Assembly: GCA_027923505.1 (NCBI GenBank)
Contig: BROI01000004.1
Span: 1 to 64,000 of the forward strand
DNA from: Mayamaea pseudoterrestris
Taxonomy: Eukaryota
Reading direction: 5' to 3'
Length of the DNA: 64,000 nt
Made by a program: the position numbers and the translations under genes. This document shows positions 43,725 to 55,745 of the stretch, piece after piece (the first letter of the stretch is position 1; every line of letters begins with the position of its first letter). The notes beneath the pieces are model-generated. The model ran no database searches. It had not been told where the DNA came from and worked only from the letters and a program-made list of their open reading frames with translations.

Positions 43725-45749
43725 ATGAGCAAGGAGACCAACAATGTCCATCGCGATGGATGGCCGTCACTGAGTACCGGAACGATATTAAAAATCGTAT
43801 ACCGGAGCGATGTCGTAGCAAGCGACGGAAGAAAACGCAAAAGCATCAAACGCAAATCTCGTCGCGACGACCAAACGAAAACGTCAAAAGCTCAATACTG
43901 CACCAGCATGGCATGTTCCATACCATTGGATGCCAATAACGTAGCTAGCAATCTTGACGCGAATGCTGAGAAAGATGGCCATAAACCGACGGCACGAACA
44001 CTAAGAAGGAAACGATGGTGGCCATTCATGTTGGTGCCGTATATGATTGGCATCACTTGGCACGGACTTCATCCATTCATGTCAATCTTGACTGGAGATT
44101 TTTCCAAGCCTCGTCGATCCTACATTGACGAACACTCGTTGGAACCGCATCACTTTAAGCGAGACGTGACGTATCATCCCATCAAGGCGTCGCAGCATCT
44201 GCAACCAGCGGAAACCTCACTCTGCCGCTTGCTGCGCTCCGGTACCTTGCTGCAACGTTCCATGGAATGCTTGCAGCGAAAACCACTCGAAATTGTCAGA
44301 ATCGTTCCAGTCGGAACAGCCGTTGCGCCAGTTTCCGAAGCACTCGTCTTGGTGGTGCCAGCGACGCTTAATTGGCGGACGAGTCAGCTGCATACTTCGG
44401 TTGTGCAGCTAGTGACGAAGCTCGCTTCGCCTACGGCAATTCCGTGGCTCGCCAAGACGGTGCTGCTCGTGTCGGCGTCACATACAGATACATCATTGCA
44501 TGAAACGGTGGATACGTTTCTCAACATGGTCAACGGCGAGCCGTTGCTGCCGTTGCTGCCGGATGGCGCCGTCATTCGCCAATTACTCGTATTGGATGTA
44601 GCAGCAGCAACAGCAACCCCGACCAACTCGTCCCTCGCGACGTCGACGACTGCGCAACTACAAATACTTCCACAGGGCCGCCGCGGCATATTGCCCAACA
44701 TGGATCTCGTGTTCTTGTGCACGAGCATTTACGCGCGCGACAATTTGTTCACAAACATTGCCATGCATCCGTACCGCGCGCAACTCGACGCGTGGCGACA
44801 AGCGAAACCATTGTACAAGTCGCTCCCACCTATCGTCGTCACCTATTTGGACAAGCTGCTCGAACTACTGAGTTTTGAATACTCGCTCATGGCGGGCCCC
44901 GTGACGTCGCATGCTTCTGCGTTGGATCGCCAGATTGATGCACTCACCCTTCGACTCATCGTTTCATCCGGCCGCCACGACAACAACGCCGTTTGCCACT
45001 TGATCGCTGGCGTTGAATACATTCTGCGCGCCATGAGCAACCTGCACGAGCGACTGCATCACTCCACGTCGCTCTATCTCTTGACGTCGCCGCGCGCCTA
45101 CGTGAAACACGAGGAATACTTGGTGCCCAATTTGCTGCTGCTTTTGCCGTGCGTACTGCGGGCAATCACGTTGGTGTTTTGTGACTTGCAACGATTCGAT
45201 TTTGCCGTCGCCAAGCGGGCCATGTTGTACACGCTACTTTGGACGGTGGTGGTTGGCATGCTGGGAGTGCCACTGCTACTTGGTGAATCGGATGATGGAA
45301 ATGACACTAAAGTATTTGCATCATGGCGTTTCAATGTCAACCGTGCAGCTGCTTGCCTTGTGGCGCTTTGCCATATACCATTATTTTGGTGGTCACCGCT
45401 AGCAACCGTGCATCGTGACGGCAAGACGAACGACGCAGCGCTAACAAGGGACGATGACGCGCTGTTGACGGTTCAGTTCTTGGCGTGTTTGCTGGTGGTC
45501 TACACGCACGTGGCCATTGCCTTTGGCCACGTTTCCTTGGCCTTTCCGTCGGCGCTGGTGTGGTCCATGCTGGCGGCGTTTCCTCGCTACGACGTTACGC
45601 CGCGGTGGATCCGGAAACTGTTGTTTGTGGTAACATGCGCGGCAGGTAGCTGGCTGCTGCAGAATGGCGTCTTCTCCTACGACGACATGTACATGCGCTT
45701 CGTGTGTTTGCCCCTCCACTGGCTCTTGTCAATCATTTGGCTGGGATAG
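43725..45749 (+). CDS. GPAA1: GPI transamidase component GAA1-like (start codon uncertain)
   Basis: N-terminal TM then SYIDEHSL, LPNMDL, NLHERLHHSTSLYLL, and multiple C-terminal TM segments. Confidence 0.8.
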   Translation: MSKETNNVHRDGWPSLSTGTILKIVYRSDVVASDGRKRKSIKRKSRRDDQTKTSKAQYCTSMACSIPLDANNVASNLDANAEKDGHKPTARTLRRKRWWPFMLVPYMIGITWHGLHPFMSILTGDFSKPRRSYIDEHSLEPHHFKRDVTYHPIKASQHLQPAETSLCRLLRSGTLLQRSMECLQRKPLEIVRIVPVGTAVAPVSEALVLVVPATLNWRTSQLHTSVVQLVTKLASPTAIPWLAKTVLLVSASHTDTSLHETVDTFLNMVNGEPLLPLLPDGAVIRQLLVLDVAAATATPTNSSLATSTTAQLQILPQGRRGILPNMDLVFLCTSIYARDNLFTNIAMHPYRAQLDAWRQAKPLYKSLPPIVVTYLDKLLELLSFEYSLMAGPVTSHASALDRQIDALTLRLIVSSGRHDNNAVCHLIAGVEYILRAMSNLHERLHHSTSLYLLTSPRAYVKHEEYLVPNLLLLLPCVLRAITLVFCDLQRFDFAVAKRAMLYTLLWTVVVGMLGVPLLLGESDDGNDTKVFASWRFNVNRAAACLVALCHIPLFWWSPLATVHRDGKTNDAALTRDDDALLTVQFLACLLVVYTHVAIAFGHVSLAFPSALVWSMLAAFPRYDVTPRWIRKLLFVVTCAAGSWLLQNGVFSYDDMYMRFVCLPLHWLLSIIWLG

Positions 45750-46076
45750 AGAAAGATGGTGTTAATTGGGAAATGTACTAAGAAGGCACTTCTTTGCATG
45801 CCTTCATTGTGAGGCGAGAGATAGAATATGGGTGCTAAATCTTCGGCTCAGATGTCACCTATACGGTACAGAAGTCCATCTCATTTTCATCGAGGTTTTT
45901 AATTATATTGTTATATTATGACGTTCAAGCTAAACTAGATACAGCTTTTCAAAGGCTGCACATGATTGATCCTTTACGCCAACTCTTTGTCGTCAATATC
46001 ATCTTATGCTCGACACAATACATAATTCACCCCATCTCCCAATCACACCAAGCATATATGCCGTCCAACAATCGCT

Positions 46077-46561
46077 CTACACTGGCGCCGGAAATCGCTC
46101 ATGGCTATTCACAATCGCCACGCCGCACTCGCGAGGCCATGTGATGAGCTTCTCAAGGAAACGGTTAATGTCCTTGACAAAACTCAAGAGAGCTTCGAAT
46201 GGCTGTAAGTGAGATAACAAGTGTGTCAGAGAGAGGATATCAAAATTCACGCTTCGACAGCGTGAGTGAGCCTGGGGTGAGGCCAAGGGTGGCGGAACGT
46301 CCGCAGTCGAAGTGCAGCAATCGTGATCTGTACAATTTCAGTTGTTCACCATTCTTCACTCATTCACTGAAGCGTGCCAGACATCATGACAGTCTATCCT
46401 CATCGTTCATCGGCGCATGTTGCCTCCAACCCATCACGAACGAACATTTCGAAACGCACCTGAATGATAATCCAGAACCACGAGCAGAACAATGCTAATG
46501 GCCAGGCAACAAAGAAGAGGAGAAGAATCCAAAGAATTGAGTAGATAAAGTTCTTGGCCAT
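46077..46561 (-). CDS. Small hydrophobic membrane protein (about 75 aa); exons 46561-46460 and 46202-46077
   Basis: MAKNFIYSILWILLLFFVAWPLALFCSWFWIIIQ joins in frame through GTGCG...TTACAG to PFEALLSFVKDINRFLEKLITWPRECG... Confidence 0.7.
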
Positions 46562-47126
46562 GGTTAAGGTCGTCGTTTGGTTGGAGGCGAAAAGGAATAA
46601 TGATTGGAGCAACAAGTTGTGTGAGATGAGCGTGGACGCGGAACAAAAGATGCTCGCCAAAAGCGCACGTCGCATTGGCGATAACGCAGCCGGCCGGCTC
46701 GCATTGACGCATCATTCGTGACTGACTCGAAACTCTATTCGCGCTGCTTCACACGCTCCGCCGACGAACATCATTCGAGCCGAACTTTTCCTCCTTTCAA
46801 TTACGACGACCACTACTTTCTTGCTGCTTTCCTTTTAGAAGCTTCTTTTATTTGAACGTCTACCTTGGTCGAGTGAAATTTCTCTGCGCTTAACTCATTA
46901 TTTCGTGACGCCGCTTCAACCGTCCGCAGACGTCAAGGCGATACGATTGAAGACTGCTCAGCTTGCAATCACTCATCAAGATTAAAAATCTTCGAGACGC
47001 GCGCTTGTACAGATTAAATTCTCTCGTCCAATTTACGACCCTGGAATTTTGGCGACTGACTTGTAAACGAAGATAGCTACGAATCAGCAAATCAACGGCA
47101 TCAACGGTCACCTGAATCATTAAAAC

Positions 47127-50100
47127 ATGGAAAATTTCACGAGCGATCACGACGAGCCCGAGTGCCGCGTCTGTCGCGGGCCGCCCGAACTACCCGACTC
47201 ACCGCTTTTGCGCGCCTGCAAATGCAGCGGCAGCATTGGATGGATCCATCAGGAATGCTTGCAGCACTGGCTGGACGTCATGGTGCGGCGCGGAAGTGGC
47301 AACCAAAGGAAATGCGAGCTGTGCAAGTACGCCTTTCAATTTGAACCATACTATGCGGAAGATGCGCCGGAGCACTTGACGAAAGGCCAGTTTGTTTACG
47401 GAGTCTCGCGGCGCGCCTTTGTCAAATGGATGCCGATTTTTGTGAAAGTGACAATTTGCTTGTTTTTGTGGCTTGGAGTCATGCCGCTACTGTCGGCGCA
47501 CTTGTACTTGTCATGGATGCGCAGTCCGGCGTTACTGCTGCAGCGATTGACCTACGACATGATGAAGCAGGATTGGGCCGCTGGATTGGTCGTTGCCGCT
47601 TTGATCATCATTTCCTTTTTGTGTTTAATGAACTTTGCCGATTTCGTGCGAATGGAGATGCAGCCATTGGCGATTGAGCGCCGACGATTGCTGCAGGTGA
47701 TGCAGCGGGCCGCCGGGCACCGTGCAGTTGGTCAAGATGACGATCGACGCGAACAGCCACCACCGGAGGAGCGCATTGATAATGAACTCTGTAACCAGGC
47801 GCAGCAACAAGAAGGTATCCGCACAAGAGCGAGGCGGAATATGGTTGGTCGGTATTCCTTGGACCGGCCTGTTAGTGACTATGCAACGGATATGGATGTT
47901 GTTCTTATGAATGCTGGAGGGGACTTTGACGATGATGATGATGACGACGACGACGAAAGCTACGCGCAAGAAGACGACGATGACGACGACCCCTCTGCTG
48001 ATATAGAAAGTGACGATGAAGATGTTGGCGACGATGGTGCTGATCATTTCGATATGAACAATGCTCGCATGCAGGAATTTATAGAGCAAATGCGCGAGCG
48101 ACGTCCTGGTGTTCACATTGAGGTCCGCCTAGATGCAGGCGTAAACGATAACAATCGCTTGTTGAACGGTCAAGCAGCGCTTCCGGCACCTGCGTTGAAT
48201 GACGGCGGTGATTTGGGTATACAAGAAGCGTTGGACGAGATTTTGGGCTTACGAGGACCGGTGTTTATTGTATTGCGCAACATGCTGTGGCTTTTGACAT
48301 TTAACACCCTCTTTCTGCTGCTCTTTGTATTTACACCTCGAATGGTGGGCAAGATGGCCAACTACTTATTTTTGAAGTTGATCAGCAGCAACTTCACCCC
48401 ACAAGTTTCTACCAACGTGACCGATACATTACAGTCATTGAACACATCGAGTGCTCTGGAAATTGATTGGCATTCGATCATTACAAATATATCTTCGCCG
48501 ATGGATTTATTGCGTGCTGTTGAAACGCACAGCGAAGTCACGAAAGCTCCGTTTCGCCTGTCTGACATTTCGAATGTCTTGTCAGGCTACTTGGTATGCG
48601 CATTTGTCGTAGTTTTCTCGCATTTCTTTTGGCTTGCCATGACTCGCTTTCGATGGATGCGACGCGCGGAAGAAGAAGCAAATGCGGCGGAAATGCGTCA
48701 AAATATTGACATGGAGGAGATGCGAGTGGCTTTTGATGCGTTTAACCGAGTGCTTGACGGTGCAGCCGAGCAAGCAGAGGTCGGCGAAAATCGCCCTATC
48801 GTTGACGGCGAAGAAGATGTGGCTATTGTTTTTGTAATACGAGTTAGTTTGAAAGCGATTACATCTGTCGTGAAAGTTGGCGTATTGCTGCTACTCAAGA
48901 TGTTCGTACTGCCTGTTGCGCTTGGTTTGTATCTTGATGCAGTCACCATGTCTCTTATTGGCGCCACATTGGATCAACGCATCCAATTTGCTGGAAGTGA
49001 TCTGTTCTCTTTCACACTTCTCCATTGGGTTGCGGGTATCACTTTCATGCTGCTAGTAACTGTCTCTGTCCTGCAGCTTCGCGAGGTCATGCACCCTGAA
49101 ATTCTTGCAAATGTCGTGCGGCCACAGGAGCCTCAGCCTGATTTGCTTGGAAACCTGATGCACGAAGCATTTACAAAACATATGAAACGAATGGTACTGT
49201 CGCTGTTTCTTTACGCTTGTCTATTATCGATGCATGTCTACGTGCCTGTTCGATTTCTTACGTGGGCAGGCTATCAGCCGCGCTTGAACTTTTCATTCCT
49301 TTTGATGCCCCGTGTGCAAATCCCGCTGGAGCTTATCTTCTTTCACCTTTGCATGCTTGGACTGCTAGAGAAGAATAAGAATATCATTGGCGAGTTGCAG
49401 CATCATTGGCTTAAATTCATTGGTGGTATTTTGCGCATGAAGGAATGCATTTTGCCCCATGTAGTTCCCCGATTTCGATTCTACGGGAATCGAAACATTT
49501 ACTTTGCCGATTCAACGATAGATCCATTCTGGCAGAAACTCGCAAAATGCAAGTACAAGCAGCGAGAAGAAATTTTGGAAAAGGGCTCAGACGGTTTTAT
49601 GCTCAGCGAGACCAACGTCTTTCGCCCGAGTGCGATTAGATTAGACGGGAAGCGTGTGTTGAAACCAGATTTTGACTATATTCGGCTACCACTTCGCATA
49701 CCTGTCCGTGCTGAACGATGTCGTTCACTTTTATTGCCTACAAGCATTGGCCGATACAGACTGAGTCGCACACAAAATTTAGAACGCGACGTTATTGAAG
49801 TGTGGGAAGAGTCCACAGGAGAGGCGATCCCGCGTCCACCTGAAGGATGGGACGACCTTGGAGCTGGTGGCGCATTTGAGCAAGGGCGATGGAGTTGGAC
49901 ATTGGAGAAGAAATCTGAAATTGAGAATGGCGTGGCACGCCGCACTCCGTTTTTCCAGACGCAGCGAAGTATGGTGGTTGCTATCTTCAAGCTTGCTTTT
50001 ATGGCGATTGCCTCATGGGCGGCAACTTCGGTTTTGGTAGGCTTGATCGCGCTGTCGCCCCTGGTGATTGGTCGATGGTTGCTTTACATAGCTCGCCTTT

Positions 50101-51286
50101 CGGATACTTGGGCTCATGATCCATTTGCATATGCACTTGGCAGCCTTTTCTTCTTTCCTATGTTCAACTACGTGTTTCACGGATTCGTCGGGGATCGTCG
50201 CACTCCCTTTGCACGCCGTTTCTCGAGGGGGCTTTGCCAGCTCAGCCTGTTTCCGGCTCATAAGACGATGACACTTTGTGCCTCTGCTGCGCTGTTCTTT
50301 GGCTTGTCTCCCTTGCTTCTCGGGTCGATTATCGACGTTGGCGTCATTAAACCCAAAGCATGGTTTATGGGAGCAGAACCATGGGTTGACCAGAAAGATA
50401 TTGTACTTGACTGGCTCCTTGGAGCTGTGCTACTTTTTGTTTGGGTCCAGTTTTGCCGTTTCGGCTTTGTGGCTCGACATATTTGGGCGTTCTTCACGCT
50501 GGCTCCGCCAAACAGGGCTGCGATTGTCGTCAATGGTGGTGCCCAGCCTCACGCACCTGCGATGGATGATGGGAATGAACCATTGAATGGTGCCTGGCTG
50601 GGCGAGTTTGGTCGAACGACGCATTTTGTTGCCATTTGGAAGGCTGCCTTGCTCGACTTTGAGTATGACAAGATCGATTCAGCAGTTCTTCTCGACGATT
50701 TTTGCTTTCCATTAATTCGCGGCCTAGTCGGTACATTGTTTTGGCCGCTGGGCTGTCTTGGAGTCATTCACTGGTGCGCTCCGGCGACTTCTGCCTTGTT
50801 TCGGGCGCTCATCGTTCGCTGTTCAATCCTTCTTACGATTGCACACAAAACGAGCCCGTTTTGGCTGGAGCCGGCGAAAAAGCTGTTGAAGGCTGCCCAC
50901 ATGAACCATTGAATGGTGCCTGGCTGGGCGAGTTTGGTCGAACGACGCATTTTGTTGCCATTTGGAAGGCTGCCTTGCTTGACTTTGAGTACGACAAGAT
51001 CGATTCAGCGGTACTTCTTGACGACTTTTGCTTTCCATTGATTCGCGGCTTATTCAGTACATTGTTTTGGCCGCTGGGCTGTCTTGGAGTTATTCACTTG
51101 TGCGCTCCGACGACGTCTGCCTTGTTCCGAGCGCTCATCGTTCGCTGTTCAATCCTTCTTACGATTGCACACAAAACGAGCCCGTTTTGGCTGGAGCCGG
51201 CAAAGAAGCTGTTGAAGGCTGCCCACAAGTCTGCGCGTGACGATTTGTTTTTGCTGGGAGAACGATTGATGACTTACGGGGGATAA
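47127..51286 (+). CDS. MARCHF6: ERAD E3 ligase MARCH6/Doa10. As written the frame stops at 50912 because of a 326-bp duplication; the natural C-terminus is at 51227-51286
   Basis: RING-CH (CRVC...CKCSGSIGWIHQECL..W...CELC), many TM segments, HWVAGITFML, LREVMHP. The C-terminal ARDDLFLLGERL motif follows the second repeat copy. Confidence 0.88.
50575..51226. repeat. 326-bp tandem duplication of MARCH6 coding sequence, about 94.5% identical
   Basis: 50575-50900 versus 50901-51226, with 18 substitutions counted by eye. Confidence 0.95.
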
Positions 51287-51715
51287 ATGGAGCGATGGAC
51301 GCGCTTGCAGATTTAATAGAAATAAACCGCCACTTGCCTATAGAGCATTGCTTAATTACGCAACTCATTGCATAGTTCTGGGAAAATACCTGCCGGTAAT
51401 CTTAACAACGTTCTTTGTTCCGTTGCCGCGTCGCCATTTGTCAGTAACGCTACGACGTTTCTGTTAGGCTGAGTCACGATCCGACGGCCCGACTGACTGA
51501 CGGTGTCACAATCACAGAACAAAGCGGTCCCCACCTCCATCCAAACTTCCCATCACCCTTGCTTCTGTAAAACCATAAAAAGTAGACTTGATACTGCGCG
51601 AATTGAAAGATTAGAAAGGAAAGATAGTCTTAGTAGTAGAAGGAGTGATAAGGAGGAGTCGGTGTGACGAAGGAACCAAAAAACCTGAGTTTCGAAACCA
51701 GTCTATAGCAACAGC

Positions 51716-52954
51716 ATGACGCGACGGTTGACCCTTCTGATCGGATGGCTGATGTTACAGGCAGCCCAATCTACGCCACAATACTCTGATCCTAATTTGA
51801 ATACCTGGTCATGGCGAAGGAGGAAATCGAGTCCATTTTCACAACAAACTCCTGGATACCTTCCAACAAGCCTGTCGCCAAGGCTGCTCACCTCGAAACC
51901 TGTCACAAACGGCATGCGAGGAGGCTCGCTTCAACCACCACCAAGCAACGACGAATTCATAGAGCCAATTTGTCGACGCGACGACATGGGATCTCGCTTC
52001 TCGCTCTTTCCCATTGAACATCCTGATTTATGGTCCATGTACAAACAACATGTTGCTTCCTTTTGGACGGCGGATGAGATTGACTTGTCACAGGATCTGC
52101 AGGACTGGAAGGAGCGACTCAACGACAATGAGCGACATTTCATCAGCATGGTGTTAGCCTTCTTTGCTGGCGCGGATGGAATCGTCGTGGAAAACCTTGC
52201 GGAGCGATTCTGTCGGGACGTTGCCGTGCCCGAGGCGCGATGCTTTTACGGCTTTCAAATGGCCATGGAGAGTATACACCAAGAAACGTACTGTCTCTTG
52301 ATTGATAGCTACATTAGCGATCCAAAGAACCGAGATGTTTTGTTTAAGGCGCATACCCGCGTGCCAAGTGTGAAACTGAAGGCACAGTGGGCGCAACGAT
52401 ACATTGGATCCGACGCATCATTTGCCGAGCGGTTAGTGGCCTTTGCGGCAGTCGAAGGTATTTTCTTTTCGGGTGCCTTTTGCTCCATCTTTTGGCTCAA
52501 GAAGCGAGGCCTCATGCCTGGCTTGACCTTTTCGAATGAGCTCATTAGCCGAGACGAGGGTCTGCACTGCTCCTTTGCTTGTCAACTCTACTCGAAACTG
52601 GAACGAAAGCTACCCGAACGAGCAATACACGCTTTGATACGCGATGCTGTCGACGTTGAAAAGGGCTTTATATGCGATGCTCTTCCAGTCGGACTCATTG
52701 GCATGAATGCATCGCTCATGTCGCAATACATTGAGTTTGTGGCCGATCGTTTGTTATCCGATCTAGGCTACCGACCTCTGTTTGGCAGTAAGAACCCGTT
52801 TGACTGGATGGACATGATTTCACTGGAAGGAAAAACAAACTTTTTCGAAAAGCGGGTGGGAGAATATCAAAAGAGCGGTGTCATGGCGTCGCTATCTCAA
52901 CCAGACCACGGGCGACAAACGTCATCCTTTAACTTTGACAATGTCGACTTTTAA
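51716..52954 (+). CDS. RRM2: Ribonucleotide reductase class Ia small subunit with an N-terminal signal-peptide-like extension
   Basis: [59 protein letters not shown]-terminal DF. Confidence 0.95.
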   Translation: MTRRLTLLIGWLMLQAAQSTPQYSDPNLNTWSWRRRKSSPFSQQTPGYLPTSLSPRLLTSKPVTNGMRGGSLQPPPSNDEFIEPICRRDDMGSRFSLFPIEHPDLWSMYKQHVASFWTADEIDLSQDLQDWKERLNDNERHFISMVLAFFAGADGIVVENLAERFCRDVAVPEARCFYGFQMAMESIHQETYCLLIDSYISDPKNRDVLFKAHTRVPSVKLKAQWAQRYIGSDASFAERLVAFAAVEGIFFSGAFCSIFWLKKRGLMPGLTFSNELISRDEGLHCSFACQLYSKLERKLPERAIHALIRDAVDVEKGFICDALPVGLIGMNASLMSQYIEFVADRLLSDLGYRPLFGSKNPFDWMDMISLEGKTNFFEKRVGEYQKSGVMASLSQPDHGRQTSSFNFDNVDF

Positions 52955-53459
52955 CTGCCCAGCAACAAGTGAACAAGAGCTACAGAGCTATATCACTGCT
53001 AACTGCATCCATCCACACTCTTTATGATCCTGCTTGTCATGTAAATTGATTACTACACGTTCTAGTAATAACCCTTGTTAATAGTTTTTCACGCTTGTTC
53101 TTTCATGACTACTTGTACACCTGCTTGGCCTCGTAGGTGCATCGGATGCCACGCCTGCAGCTATTCATCGAGGTGTACGGTTTACTAAGAGAAAAGGCAT
53201 AGAATACACTTCGCTGTGCTGCTTAGCATTTGGCAAGTGTTATCTCGTTCATGGGAGATACTGTCCCCGCCCTCTAACCACCGAATGCAGCTAGAAATAC
53301 TGCACTAGCTTCCAACTCCTTCAAAACTTAATATATTTCATAAGGGGAAAGACTACAAGAAGCTGAATTCAGAGTTTGTTTCTTAGTTTAATACATTATC
53401 ATTAAAGACTGCTACTTGCGCACGCCGCATTATCAAGCGACCAAGAAGCAGACAACCAT

Positions 53460-54044
53460 TTAACGATATGACTTTTGGAATCGCGCACGAGCCGATTTTC
53501 CTCCATACTTTTTTGGCTCGCAGCGACGCGGGTCACTCACTAGCAAATTGCGATCATAGTCCACCAAGGTGTTTCGCAGTTCATTCTTGGAGTGTTCATC
53601 CACATACTTGGCGTGGTACGCCACAATGCTCTTGGCAATGGCCGAGCGAATGGCGTAAATTTGCGACGTGATACCTCCTCCCTTGACTCGGATGCGAATG
53701 TCAAGGTTAGAAAACTTGTCCTGTCCAATGATCAAGACTGGCTCAAATACCTTGAGGCGCAAGGCTTCCGGCTCAATGTTTTCCAAAGGCTGACCATTGA
53801 CCTTGATCAGACCGCGGCCCTGCTTGGCATGGGCGACGGCTGTTGCAGTCTTTTTCCTGATATAATAAAGGAGGGAATAGAGTTAGTAAATGTGCCGTAT
53901 GTAAGGGCCGATGGTGCAAGCAAGCCTTCAAGAGCATTCACTCGAGCGCCATGCATTATTTTTAAGCGTAAGCTAGTTGAATCCCGCCAGTCGCCGTCTC
54001 ATCACTCACTTTCCAAACACTTGAACAGATTGTACAGGCGCCAT
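53460..54044 (-). CDS. RPS16: 40S ribosomal protein S16 (uS9); exons 54044-54010 and 53856-53460
   Basis: [21 protein letters not shown]...GGG..SQIYAIR...[23 protein letters not shown]. Confidence 0.97.
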
Positions 54045-54305
54045 GGCTATTGATATTTGATTTGAGTAGAAAATCAAGTCTATTGCAGCTCAGCGCTCGT
54101 CTTGGTCGATGCGTGCTCGTCCGCCGTCGCTTTCTCGTCAAGTAAGAGCGGTAACCTTTCGTGACTGGCCAAATCGGAGTCCCGAATAAAACCGATGCGA
54201 TACGGCGTTTCGACGGACCGTCATGGACACCACACCATGCAAGCAACCTGCTCCTTGCTAGTCGTTGTGTTAATCATCTTTGCTCCAAAAGCAAGTAGTA
54301 TAGCA

Positions 54306-54800
54306 ATGGCTACTAGAGATAGTTCACCACCCAATGCTGCTACTTTTACGACGAATGAACATGATCAGCGCGAGGCAGCCAGAATTCGCCATGAGCTACA
54401 ATCCGAGCGAAACAATGCAAGTACTTGTTCCAATAACAATATTTCATCATCTGCTTCTCGACTACCATCCGTCGAAATTTGCGAGGGCGCACATAAATAC
54501 GTACAAATAACGGCATCATTGGACGGCGCCGAGCAAACCTTTGTCGTGAGTCGCCGCAACGCTTCGTACCATCGCAACGCTGCCGAACCCTTCATTGCCA
54601 AGCTAAGGCAGCATGGCTACTGCGACATTGAAGTAGCTGGAGGAGGTAGAGTCGATGTCAATGCAGACGCCAAGCAAGTGTCCATCTTTGGCTTTTCCTA
54701 CGGTTTCGGCAAGGCGAACCACGAGTTGAGCGCAGATATTGTACGACGAGACGAGCGATACAATGATTTTGACGTGTCTTGGAGTGATGATGGATACTGA
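54306..54800 (+). CDS. PHPT1: Janus/Ocnus family 14-kDa phosphohistidine phosphatase-like protein
   Basis: G.HKYV.I, YH, GGGR, IFGFSYGFGKANH, C-terminal WSDDGY. Start codon uncertain. Confidence 0.85.
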   Translation: MATRDSSPPNAATFTTNEHDQREAARIRHELQSERNNASTCSNNNISSSASRLPSVEICEGAHKYVQITASLDGAEQTFVVSRRNASYHRNAAEPFIAKLRQHGYCDIEVAGGGRVDVNADAKQVSIFGFSYGFGKANHELSADIVRRDERYNDFDVSWSDDGY

Positions 54801-54971
54801 ATCAATTGAATATTGAATGTATATACACAAAAGCATGTATGCAGGCTCGATCAGACGATACAATTATGTATGAAGTATAGCGAGACTCGTCGACGGCAGC
54901 GGCTCCAGCCACCGCATCAACTGCTTGCAGATAGGTCAATGAATCAATGACTATAAATATAATCTCATTTT

Positions 54972-55745
54972 CTACCTAAGTTTGTAGTATCCTTCCGGCG
55001 CCTTTGCAATCTCCGCATTCATGTTCGGTCCATGCTGGCGAACGACTCCATCACCATGGTACTTGAGTGGGCGAAAGTAGTGGCTCGTTCCCGCCTTGGT
55101 GCGGTGCCACCAGTCGCACGAGGTACCTTCCTTTTGAATCTTGGCCGTGACGGCTTGCGGCAAAAAGTTGTCCTGGTACTGCGCGTCATCCCGACGCTCG
55201 TAGCGCAATATGGGATGCTTCACCACATAGTTCCATCCGCGCTTCTTGCAAAAGTAGACTGCTTCCTCGGCGTTCGCAAAGGTCAAGGGAGGCGCCGACT
55301 GGTAAGGATCCGCGTTACTCGTCCATCCCATGAGCGGGTTCAACCACTTTTCCGCCGTCATGCCGTCCTCGTAAAAGAAAATCTTCCAGCTGGCTTCCGG
55401 ATTGAGTGGCGCCTGCCGCATGGACTTTTGCTGCTGGCGCACCACGACGGTGCGCTTGGTGCCGTCCATGCGGAGGCGATGCCCCTGGTCGACGGGGTCG
55501 AGGGCGGCAATCTCCGCCGGATTCTCCGGCAGGACGGGCGCCGGAAGGAACTCGTCGTCGGTCTTGCCCCACACCATGTGGCGGTTGAACTTGGTCATGT
55601 GCTCCACCTTTTCCTGCACGGGATTGGCGACAACGACATCAGTTTCTGATTCAGTCGTTGTCACTGGTTTGGAGGAGAAAGTGCGCGCCGCTGAGTAGAG
55701 GCGCGAGAAACGGAGCGTAGCGCTAGTGGAGCGAGAGAGCATCAT
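54972..55745 (-). CDS. NDUFS4: Complex I subunit NDUFS4 (18-kDa) homolog
   Basis: Mitochondrial presequence; W.NPLMGWTS.ADP...LTF...EEA..F..KRGW.Y. Confidence 0.88.
   Translation of the reverse strand: MMLSRSTSATLRFSRLYSAARTFSSKPVTTTESETDVVVANPVQEKVEHMTKFNRHMVWGKTDDEFLPAPVLPENPAEIAALDPVDQGHRLRMDGTKRTVVVRQQQKSMRQAPLNPEASWKIFFYEDGMTAEKWLNPLMGWTSNADPYQSAPPLTFANAEEAVYFCKKRGWNYVVKHPILRYERRDDAQYQDNFLPQAVTAKIQKEGTSCDWWHRTKAGTSHYFRPLKYHGDGVVRQHGPNMNAEIAKAPEGYYKLR

Noticed and set aside
53857..54009. snoRNA in the RPS16 intron (GTGATGA near the donor)
   Set aside because: No downstream CTGA box D or terminal stem was found.
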